Source: an uncultured Clostridia bacterium (lineage in GTDB: Bacteria > Bacillota > Clostridia > Saccharofermentanales > Saccharofermentanaceae). Taken from it: 64,000 bases of DNA. The stretch is taken from positions 12,656 through 76,655 of the forward strand of contig CAMVBS010000003.1 of assembly GCA_947165785.1 (NCBI GenBank), given 5' to 3'. Positions 38,961 through 46,668 of this stretch are shown here, one piece after another. The notes under the pieces were generated by a model, which ran no database searches, was not told the DNA's origin, and was given only the letters and a program-made list of their open reading frames with translations. Both the position numbers and the translations under genes were made by a program. Position 1 is the stretch's first letter. Each line of letters begins with the position of its first letter.

Positions 38961-40070
38961 TCATTCGCCCATCTGCTGTTTGCGATAAGGATTACCTGAC
39001 GTTGCATCAAATCCAGGGAGCAGATACTCATCAGGGATATATTTATGAACGTTAAGATCGTACTCGTAATTGCAGAACCATAATGCTACATACGTGATCT
39101 CGTGGTTGTCGTTCTTCCCTTCCGGGATCATCGCATAGACAAAACCGTAGTAGTCGTTACACTGCATGGCAACGATGTCATAGCCTTGAGGCTCGCCCGT
39201 TACTGAATAGCAGTCGGTATAGTTCGGACTTATTCCGAGATCTTTAAGCCTTTCCATCTCCGTCTCGTATGCTCCTTCGTCATAATCCACAGTAAAATAG
39301 ACGACATACTGCGGATCCCACGGATTATAATACGTGACCTGATAATCCTTAAGATCCAGTTCTTCCACGTTATCGGGCAAGAGATAGAGTTCTTCGATAT
39401 TGCCGTAGGAATACTCGCCTTTTGGGTTATGGATATATTTGTGATACTCCGAAGGATCGGTCGATACATGGATCCCCGACAGTGCGAAATTGATCCCCAA
39501 GAGTGTTATGACGATAAACCCGATAGCAACCACGTAAGCCGTGCCGATTATCGAGATGATTATCGCGATATTTACTCCCATCATCGCTTTGCGGCTCTGC
39601 GAGATCTTCTTGAGAAGTCCCGTAACATATAACGTGATCAATGTCATGATGACCATTGTCGCAAAGGATGCAAAGAGAGCATATATGCTCGCGATGCCCG
39701 GCTCATAACTGACGATCTGTAAGATCAGGGCTATGAGGGAGACGAACACTCCCACGATGCCTATTACCTGTATCCATCTGTATCTGCTTCTTTTCTCATT
39801 ATTCTGATAATCCGCCATCTTATCGGCGACTTCCTTAAGTTCTTTGTCCATAGTCTCGCTTTTCCTTTCACCGTCAATGATCTCTCTGACATCAACGTCG
39901 TAGAAATCAGCGATCTCAACTAGAAGAGAAATATCAGGAAGGTTACTTCCCGTCTCCCATCTTGATACTGATCTGTTACTTACGTTGAATCTTTGGGCGA
40001 GCTGCTCCTGGGTCATATTCTTCTCACTTCGCAGCTGCTTGAGAAATCTGCCTGTCTTTTTCTGATCCAC
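38961..40070 (-). CDS. Membrane-tethered XRE-family HTH regulator with C-terminal extracytoplasmic domain
   Basis: HTH_3 segment (LRSEKNMTQEQLAQRFNVSNRSVSRWETG), about four TM helices, then an unassigned domain of about 170 aa. I chose GTG 40070 because GGGAGG lies 9 nt upstream. Confidence 0.7.
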   Translation of the reverse strand: MDQKKTGRFLKQLRSEKNMTQEQLAQRFNVSNRSVSRWETGSNLPDISLLVEIADFYDVDVREIIDGERKSETMDKELKEVADKMADYQNNEKRSRYRWIQVIGIVGVFVSLIALILQIVSYEPGIASIYALFASFATMVIMTLITLYVTGLLKKISQSRKAMMGVNIAIIISIIGTAYVVAIGFIVITLLGINFALSGIHVSTDPSEYHKYIHNPKGEYSYGNIEELYLLPDNVEELDLKDYQVTYYNPWDPQYVVYFTVDYDEGAYETEMERLKDLGISPNYTDCYSVTGEPQGYDIVAMQCNDYYGFVYAMIPEGKNDNHEITYVALWFCNYEYDLNVHKYIPDEYLLPGFDATSGNPYRKQQMGE

Positions 40071-40245
40071 AGATCTGAACCTCCCGGTTGGTTTTCGATG
40101 AAAGCCTATCAAAAGCCACGGGAAATTAACACGACACAAAGCGAGAAATGCCGATATTCAAGGCTCGACAGACTATGTCTACCTGTATTATACCGCAGCT
40201 TTATGTGATAGAATAACCGGGTACAAACTAATGCCGGAGGATCGT

Positions 40246-40776
40246 ATGGTCATCGAATCTACATCAATCTCAAAAGATTACGCGAAGGAATATATCAATG
40301 TCGTCAGCATGGGAGGCACTCTCATCAAAGATCCTCATAAGAAGATCAGGGACAACTTCGTGATCGCTCCGGGACTAATCTTCGTATCATTTTTTGTGGC
40401 AGGTATCGCGTGCCTCATTAAGCTCCTTGGAATAACCGCAAGTTATGTCGACCTCATAATCGCTTTGGCGGCAGTGCTTTTTGTCCTGAGCATCTTCTAC
40501 TATATAAGGATCGTCTCCAATCTCAGCAAAGAGCAGAAGAAAGAACGTAACGTCACGTTCACCTTCAGCGAAGAAGGCATCAACTATGACGATCACAAGT
40601 CTGACGCACTGGACTGCAAGTGGGATTCCTTCGGAAGCGTTCTTTTCTGCGACCACGGCGTCTATTTCATTCCGAAGGAGCAGACAGGCGTAATGATCGC
40701 GATCTCAGGCGAGCACAAGGATGCGATCAGGAGTTTTCTTAAAGAGAACGATATCGAACTTCTGATCATCGAGTAA
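40246..40776 (+). CDS. Hypothetical membrane protein, YcxB-like
   Basis: Two TM helices and a C-terminal YcxB-type pattern. Start at ATG 40246, 5 nt after GGAGG. Confidence 0.45.
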   Translation: MVIESTSISKDYAKEYINVVSMGGTLIKDPHKKIRDNFVIAPGLIFVSFFVAGIACLIKLLGITASYVDLIIALAAVLFVLSIFYYIRIVSNLSKEQKKERNVTFTFSEEGINYDDHKSDALDCKWDSFGSVLFCDHGVYFIPKEQTGVMIAISGEHKDAIRSFLKENDIELLIIE

Positions 40777-40801
40777 CCTCAAATAAGATCACTTTTTCGA
40801 G

Positions 40802-40828
40802 CAAAACAAAAGCCGGTCAATGCCGGCT
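40802..40828 (-). terminator. Intrinsic terminator after the 66-aa membrane-protein gene
   Basis: The stem agccgg/ccggct (40811-40828) is followed on the minus strand by tttgttttgc. Confidence 0.5.
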
Positions 40829-40859
40829 CGTGTCTTATAGGGGGCTTTATGAAAGAGTA

Positions 40860-41060
40860 TTAATCAAATGCTTCAAATGTGGTTCCCATGAATCTCATGT
40901 TTGCAAGGCCGATGATCGTGCCGCATACCATGAGTCCCGGTTCCCTTTTTACGATGCCTGCGACGAACATGAATGCGCCTGCAACCGTACCGATCGATGA
41001 GATAACTCTGATAACCGTCTTATTTGTCTGTTCCTTCTTTGCTGTCATCTTCATATTCAT
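40860..41060 (-). CDS. Small (66 aa) two-helix membrane protein
   Basis: GGAGG lies 5 nt upstream of the ATG. It has two hydrophobic helices and its own terminator. Confidence 0.5.
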   Translation of the reverse strand: MNMKMTAKKEQTNKTVIRVISSIGTVAGAFMFVAGIVKREPGLMVCGTIIGLANMRFMGTTFEAFD

Positions 41061-41191
41061 ATCCTCCGCTTTTGGTGTGTTGTTTTGTTTTATGGTCTTA
41101 TCTTATCGGCCGAATGTTAATTCATCGCTAATCTAAGTTTAAGAATTTATAAAGCAGAGTATCTTTCTTCTCGAAAAAGTTATCCGAACGC

Positions 41192-41251
41192 AAAAAAGAT
41201 CCCCCGAATACCGCCGTAACATTGTTACAAAGCAGGTAGTTTCAGGGGATC
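41192..41251 (-). terminator. Possible compound terminator after tetR
   Basis: An outer stem (gatcccc/ggggatc) encloses the inner hairpin gtaac-att-gttac. On the minus strand it is followed by TTTTTT. The outer loop is long, so this is uncertain. Confidence 0.35.
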
Positions 41252-41295
41252 CGTAACTTAACTGACTAAATCTCTTATCTTACCAGATCATGGTC

Positions 41296-41895
41296 TTATT
41301 TCTTGATGAAATATCTATCGATAAAGAAATCTATGTACTGTTCCATCTTGGAAACGATCTCTTTCTCACGCTCAGGCTCTCTGTCATACATCTGGATGAG
41401 CATCGATACCGGAGCAAAATACTCCATCGCTGCCATCTCCGGATCGCACTTTTCTATCGCGCCGTACTTGATGAGACCTTCAAAGATCTTCGTATAGAAA
41501 TTGCAGATATTCGTAAACTGATGAAGACTGGCCAGCTTGCTTTGATATTCGTCACGGAACTGCTCTATGGTGCACATCTTCCTGAGCTTACGGATATTCT
41601 CATTATGAAGAGTAAACTCGATCTGTTTCATACTGTAGATCTTAAGTTCCTCGCCATTATGGATCCAGACTTCATACTCGGGATTCATTCCCATTCCGAG
41701 CTTATAGTTTCCCTCCATCAACGAATAGATCTCGTGAAAGATATCTTCCTTACCTTTGAAATACTTATAAAGATTCGGTCCCTTCATTCCCGCATGCTCT
41801 GCGATCTCATCCATGGATGTAGCGCTGAAGCCCTTCTTCGCGAACAGGTCCAAGGCCGAATTCAATATCTTATCTCTGACTGTAGCAGTACTCAC
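41296..41895 (-). CDS. TetR/AcrR family transcriptional regulator
   Basis: An N-terminal TetR HTH (ILNSALDLFAKKGFSATSMDEIAEHAGMKGPNLYKYF). Confidence 0.88.
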   Translation of the reverse strand: MSTATVRDKILNSALDLFAKKGFSATSMDEIAEHAGMKGPNLYKYFKGKEDIFHEIYSLMEGNYKLGMGMNPEYEVWIHNGEELKIYSMKQIEFTLHNENIRKLRKMCTIEQFRDEYQSKLASLHQFTNICNFYTKIFEGLIKYGAIEKCDPEMAAMEYFAPVSMLIQMYDREPEREKEIVSKMEQYIDFFIDRYFIKK

Positions 41896-41976
41896 TTTAA
41901 ACTCCTCACTAAGATAATTTTTAAAGATTATATCACTATTAGAGGCCTGTTTTTCAGAATATTTTGTTAATGATCG

Positions 41977-42378
41977 TCACGAATCGTTTCGTTTATACAA
42001 GGGCGTCTGACGGATCAGGATCTCGATCAAAAACAAAACGACACAACCGATCGCATAACAGACGATATCATGCAGATCGAACGTCCCTCCGATGAGAACA
42101 CTCATAAAGCGGTTGTCCTTAAATCCCAGCACACCCGCAATGTCGTAATACTGAAGGATCTCTATAACTATCGCGAACAGGAATATCGGAAGCGGTAAGA
42201 TCTTCACTCCCCGCGGGATAAAGATACGCACGAAAAAACCGATAAGTATAACTACCAGCATGTCTCCGATGAACGGACGGATAATACTGTCATGAACATA
42301 AAGCGCTATCAGGACCTCCGTAACCAGGAGCAGCAGCGTTCCAATAACATATAACAGTCGAAGTTTCTTATCTCTCAT
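41977..42378 (-). CDS. DUF2809-like integral membrane protein
   Basis: Four TM helices with the pattern IRPFIGDMLVV...GGTFDLHDIVCYAIG. I prefer ATG 42378 over the upstream TTG. Confidence 0.65.
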   Translation of the reverse strand: MRDKKLRLLYVIGTLLLLVTEVLIALYVHDSIIRPFIGDMLVVILIGFFVRIFIPRGVKILPLPIFLFAIVIEILQYYDIAGVLGFKDNRFMSVLIGGTFDLHDIVCYAIGCVVLFLIEILIRQTPLYKRNDS

Positions 42379-42421
42379 ATACAGATTATACCCCAAAGAT
42401 GATATTGCATTTTTCCACAAA

Positions 42422-42439
42422 TAGTGTAATATTACACTA
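42422..42439. promoter_or_regulatory. 18-bp perfect palindrome, candidate TetR operator
   Basis: TAGTGTAATATTACACTA is its own reverse complement. It lies 44 nt upstream of the DUF2809-tetR operon start and overlaps -10-like TAATAT hexamers on both strands. Confidence 0.5.
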
Positions 42440-42463
42440 TATTCATTCAAGGAGGAAGTTTAC

Positions 42464-42559
42464 ATGACCTTACTGTTAATTGCATTACTGGCTGCATGGA
42501 TAGCCAAGAGAAGAGCCTCGGACAAAGATGTCACAGCGACTTCCTCGGAACGATCCTGA
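42464..42559 (+). CDS. Candidate 31-aa hydrophobic peptide (MTLLLIALLAAWIAKRRASDKDVTATSSERS)
   Basis: AAGGAGGA lies 8 nt upstream of ATG 42464. TTGCAT (42405-42410), 16 nt, then TAATAT (42427-32) lie upstream. The 3' 29 nt overlap the end of the convergent gene. Confidence 0.3.
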   Translation: MTLLLIALLAAWIAKRRASDKDVTATSSERS

Positions 42560-43481
42560 ATTCTTCGTCCTTACGGGAGAACATAAATACATCTCTGCTG
42601 AACAGAAGATTAGGGCTTTCCTTCCTGTTTCTCTCAAAGATCTCACTTCCCATATCGATGAGCTGATTACAATGCTTCCTGCTGCCCGCTTTAGTAAAGA
42701 GCACCATGTCCTTGGTCGGCACGACGACCATCAGATCGTCATCAAACTTCTCGCCAAGTTCGGTCCATATCCCCTTGAACAGCAGCGATTCCGCCTCAAA
42801 ATCCCCTCCGCATAAGATCCCGAAGATCTCCTTATTATTCTTGCTCTGCTCATATCTGAACGAGACATCGCGGCTTAGGTTCTCGAATGCCTTGTCACGC
42901 AGTGCAGCTACATCGATCCCCTGCGGAAGCACATCATAGGTAAGATACGAATATACACTTCCGGAATCCTGCATCAGGCAGATTATGTAACTGTCCCATA
43001 TCCTGAACATCGGCATATCGCCATAGTCATGTTCATTTACCGCGAGAAGGCTCACCTCCTCGAGAGGTTTCTTGGACCAGTTCTTCTTAAGTCTCGGATA
43101 TATCTTATTATCATCGAAAACATACTCGTCACTGAACCCGTCCTCGAATGGCCCGTCCTTCTCGTCATGTGTCCACTCTAGATCACAAAAACCGCCTTCA
43201 GACTCGATCCATTCCTTAAATCTTCCGAGGAAATCCAAACAGTACCTGCTGTACGGATACTGCGCCAGAAGTCTTATGACCGGGCGAAGACCGGGTCTTG
43301 CTTCCTGCGCCTGACCGCTTCTTATGTATCCGATGTAATCGTTTATCTTGTCCTGGAGCATCCTCGCGTGAGTTGCCCTGATACCAAAGTCCCACTGCAT
43401 GTCATCGATTATTATGAGGACATATCTATCACCCTCGACACATGTAAGATCCAAAACATTTCTATCCCTTAAAGTTGACAT
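42531..43481 (-). CDS. Hypothetical protein (DUF6572-like N-terminus, DUF1444/YtpQ-like C-terminus)
   Basis: I chose ATG 43481 because GGAGG lies 8 nt upstream. The domain names are recollections from sequence patterns. Confidence 0.45.
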   Translation of the reverse strand: MSTLRDRNVLDLTCVEGDRYVLIIIDDMQWDFGIRATHARMLQDKINDYIGYIRSGQAQEARPGLRPVIRLLAQYPYSRYCLDFLGRFKEWIESEGGFCDLEWTHDEKDGPFEDGFSDEYVFDDNKIYPRLKKNWSKKPLEEVSLLAVNEHDYGDMPMFRIWDSYIICLMQDSGSVYSYLTYDVLPQGIDVAALRDKAFENLSRDVSFRYEQSKNNKEIFGILCGGDFEAESLLFKGIWTELGEKFDDDLMVVVPTKDMVLFTKAGSRKHCNQLIDMGSEIFERNRKESPNLLFSRDVFMFSRKDEEFRIVPRKSL

Positions 43482-43622
43482 ATGATTTTCCTCCGTCATT
43501 TGATGAGATTATTTTCATCTACACTAATATAATCATTTTTCTTTACTCGCGGTTGCATTAATTAAGGCACTTTTTCGAGATTTCATATAAAATAAGTTCA
43601 AGGTCAGGAAAAGGAGTCGACG

Positions 43623-44315
43623 ATGGAAGACAAGAAGCGTTACCGACACGAACTCAAGTTCGTGATCCCTTATGGCGAATATCTTGCGATGCGGGCAAGA
43701 CTTCGGGCGATCACAAAACCCGATCCTCACACATCCGAAGACGGACGATACAAGATCTCGAGCATCTACTTTGACAACACTGATGACAAAGCTTTGAGAG
43801 AGAAGATCGACGGTATCGGCAAGCGAGAGAAGTTCAGGATAAGATACTATAACGATGACTTAAGTTTCATCGTCCTCGAGAAAAAGATGAAGATAGGCGA
43901 CCTATGCCTTAAGTTCAGCACGAAGATCACCGAAGAAGAATGCAGGAAGATCTTAAGCGGCGACACGGGCTGGATGAGAAGTTCCGATAATGATCTTCTC
44001 AAAGAATTCTATGCCAAGACGATCTATCAGCAGCTTAAGCCGAGAGTCCTTGTAAGCTATGTAAGAGAACCGTTTATCTGTAAGGCGGGAAACGTAAGGA
44101 TCGCCTTCGATTCCAACATAAGGACCTCACTATACGCGAGCTGATTTCTCACAGACAACATACAGGATATAAGTGCGACGGATAAGCCCGGAGATATGAT
44201 CCTGGAGGTCAAATACGATCAGTATCTTCCGGACATCATCAAAGACGCGATACAGTTCGACTTCGCAAGGCGCGGAGCTTTTTCCAAATACGGCACGAGC
44301 CGCAGATTCGGTTAA
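43623..44315 (+). pseudogene. VTC-domain (CYTH-like triphosphate tunnel, polyphosphate-polymerase-type) gene interrupted by an in-frame TGA at 44142-44144
   Basis: RHELKF...SIYFD...EKFRIRYY precede the stop. The same frame stays open for 56 more codons. Those codons encode the conserved C-terminal strands (MILEVKYDQYLPD...AFSKYG) and end at TAA 44313-44315. Confidence 0.75.
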
Positions 44316-44333
44316 ACCAAGGAGGAAATATAC

Positions 44334-45005
44334 ATGAATTTCAGAGACATCTTTAAATCCAGTTTTCTCGAGAACGTTACGGAGTTCTCGGCGGTCGACA
44401 CCCTGATCGGACTTGCGTTCGCTCTAGTGCTCGGTCTTTTTATCTTCTTCATCTACAAGAAGACCTTCAAGGGAGTCATGTACTCAAGCGGTTTTGCAAT
44501 GTCGCTCATCGGCCTGTCGCTCGTTACGACCCTCGTCATCATGGCAGTTACTTCCAACGTAGTACTGTCACTTGGTATGGTTGGTGCTCTCTCGATCGTG
44601 AGATTCCGTGCTGCGATAAAGGAACCGATGGAGATCGTATTCTTGTTCTGGGCACTTGCAGTCGGTATCGTAATCGGCGCAGGCATGATTCCGCTCGCGG
44701 TCATCGGATCTGTCATAATCGGTGTCATCCTTATTATCTTCTCACACAAGAAATTTACCAAGTCACCATACATCCTTATCGTTAACTGCAGTGACGACAA
44801 ATCCGAGGAAGAAGCCCTCAAGCTTCTCTCCCAAAAGGCAGGCAGATACAGCATCAAGTCCAAGACCGTTAATTCCGAAGGCATCGAACTTACGGCAGAG
44901 ATAAAGATCAAGGACGAGTCGACGACATTCGTAAACGAGATCAATAAGATAACAGGCGTATCCGGTGCAACACTTGTAAGTTTTAACGGCGATTATCTTT
45001 CCTGA
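44334..45005 (+). CDS. DUF4956-like multi-pass membrane protein
   Basis: SD AAGGAGGA lies upstream. It has 4-5 TM helices with SIVRFRAAIKEP and a soluble C-terminal tail. This family typically neighbours VTC/CotH genes. Confidence 0.7.
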   Translation: MNFRDIFKSSFLENVTEFSAVDTLIGLAFALVLGLFIFFIYKKTFKGVMYSSGFAMSLIGLSLVTTLVIMAVTSNVVLSLGMVGALSIVRFRAAIKEPMEIVFLFWALAVGIVIGAGMIPLAVIGSVIIGVILIIFSHKKFTKSPYILIVNCSDDKSEEEALKLLSQKAGRYSIKSKTVNSEGIELTAEIKIKDESTTFVNEINKITGVSGATLVSFNGDYLS

Positions 45006-45020
45006 TGAGCGGAGGATATC

Positions 45021-46655
45021 ATGACAGAAAACAAGCACATATCCGGGATCATAATAACGCTCACGGCTGTGGCGGTACTAATCTGTTTCGTTGCGGTATG
45101 TTTTTCGAGCGAGCTTACGAAGATCATGGGCGGTCTTAAAGTAAACATGGCATATGAGACCGAGCTTTTCGATACGAGTAAGATAATGAGCGTCGACATC
45201 ATCATGGATGACGATGACTGGAATGACATGCTCCTCAACGCGCAAACAGAACAGTACTATGTTTGCGACGTTTTGGTAAACGGCAAGAAGTTCAACAATG
45301 TCGGCATCCGTCCAAAGGGCAACTCGAGCCTTTTGTGTATCGTTGTAGACAAGACATCGGACCGCTTCAGCCTGAAACTGGAATTTGATCACTTCGTGGA
45401 AGGTCAGACGTGTTTCGGTCTTGATAAGCTCGTCCTCAACAACAACTTTGTTGATCCGACCAACATGAAGGAAGCATTGATCTTCGACATGTATCAGTTT
45501 GTCGACGCAAATGCTCCTTTATATAACTACGCCAAGGTCTGCCGTAACGGAAACTACTGGGGCGTTTATCTGGCACTCGAGAGCATAGATGAGAGCTTCA
45601 TGCTCAGGAACTACGGAACACAGGACGGTGAACTTTATAAGCCGGAACCAGCCGGAATGAACATGGATGAAGAGACCGATGAAGAATTCCCGATGAGTCC
45701 TGTCGGCGCCAATCTTGAATATGCAACTGATGCACTTTATCAATACGGTTCGATCTGGAGCACCGAAGTAACCAGAACGACTGACAAAGACCACAGACGT
45801 GTGGTAAATGCACTTAAGAACATAAAGGAAAGAAATGACATCGAGAAATACATGAATGTCGATAATATCCTCAGATACATGGCGGTCCATACCTTTGCCG
45901 TGAACGAGGACAGTCTCACGGACTACATGCCGCACAACTATTATCTTTATGAGTATGACGGACAGCTCGATATCCTTCCGTGGGATTACAATATGTCATT
46001 CGGAGCGATGACACTCGTCGAAGAAAATAACAGCACGAAGATGATCAATTACCCTATCGACTCACCTTTCTATTACGGCATGCAGTTCTTCGGTGCAATT
46101 CTCGAGAATGAGGAATACAATGCGAGGTATCATGAGTATCTTCAGACGCTCGTAGATGAATACATCTATGGCGGAAGATTCGATGAATTCTATAGTAGGA
46201 CAAGAAGTCAGATCGACACTCTGGTCGCCCAAGATCCGACGGCTTTTTACTCAGCCGAAGAATACGATGCAGCAGCCGACATGCTCTATAAGACCGTTAA
46301 GCTCAGGGGCGACAGTATCGACGGACAGTTAAAAGGAACCATCGCTTCAACGACTGAAGCTCAGCGCTCGGTCAAAGGCAAACCGACTCTTCTGGATGCT
46401 TCTGAAATAGATTTGAAGGTCATGGGATTCATGGATGATTCCATATTCGAGAATATGACTCCTGAGGATGCGGATCAGGAACTTGTAATGCCTCCTCTAC
46501 CGCAAAGGCCGGTTGATCCGCCATCGCCTGCAAACGAAATCCTCGAGATAACAGAAGGTTATTCAAGGAAAAAGGTCATAACCTTCGAGATATGCTTCGG
46601 CGTTATGGTAGTCTTAGTCGTAGCACTTAAGTTTATTAAACCTAAGAGAACATAA
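45021..46655 (+). CDS. CotH kinase-family protein with N- and C-terminal TM anchors
   Basis: CotH-like blocks (LKLEFDHF, NNNFVDPTNMKE, NYYLYEYDGQLDILPWDYNMSF). TM helices lie at residues about 8-30 and about 515-537. Confidence 0.85.
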   Translation: MTENKHISGIIITLTAVAVLICFVAVCFSSELTKIMGGLKVNMAYETELFDTSKIMSVDIIMDDDDWNDMLLNAQTEQYYVCDVLVNGKKFNNVGIRPKGNSSLLCIVVDKTSDRFSLKLEFDHFVEGQTCFGLDKLVLNNNFVDPTNMKEALIFDMYQFVDANAPLYNYAKVCRNGNYWGVYLALESIDESFMLRNYGTQDGELYKPEPAGMNMDEETDEEFPMSPVGANLEYATDALYQYGSIWSTEVTRTTDKDHRRVVNALKNIKERNDIEKYMNVDNILRYMAVHTFAVNEDSLTDYMPHNYYLYEYDGQLDILPWDYNMSFGAMTLVEENNSTKMINYPIDSPFYYGMQFFGAILENEEYNARYHEYLQTLVDEYIYGGRFDEFYSRTRSQIDTLVAQDPTAFYSAEEYDAAADMLYKTVKLRGDSIDGQLKGTIASTTEAQRSVKGKPTLLDASEIDLKVMGFMDDSIFENMTPEDADQELVMPPLPQRPVDPPSPANEILEITEGYSRKKVITFEICFGVMVVLVVALKFIKPKRT

Positions 46656-46668
46656 AGGAGAAGAATAT

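Noticed and set aside
44142-44144. Selenocysteine or genetic-code reassignment as the explanation for the in-frame TGA in the VTC gene.
   Set aside because: I see no SECIS-like hairpin in the roughly 40 nt after the TGA. Many genes in the window terminate with TGA, including thiE, thiC and the blaR1-like gene. The position is not a known redox site.
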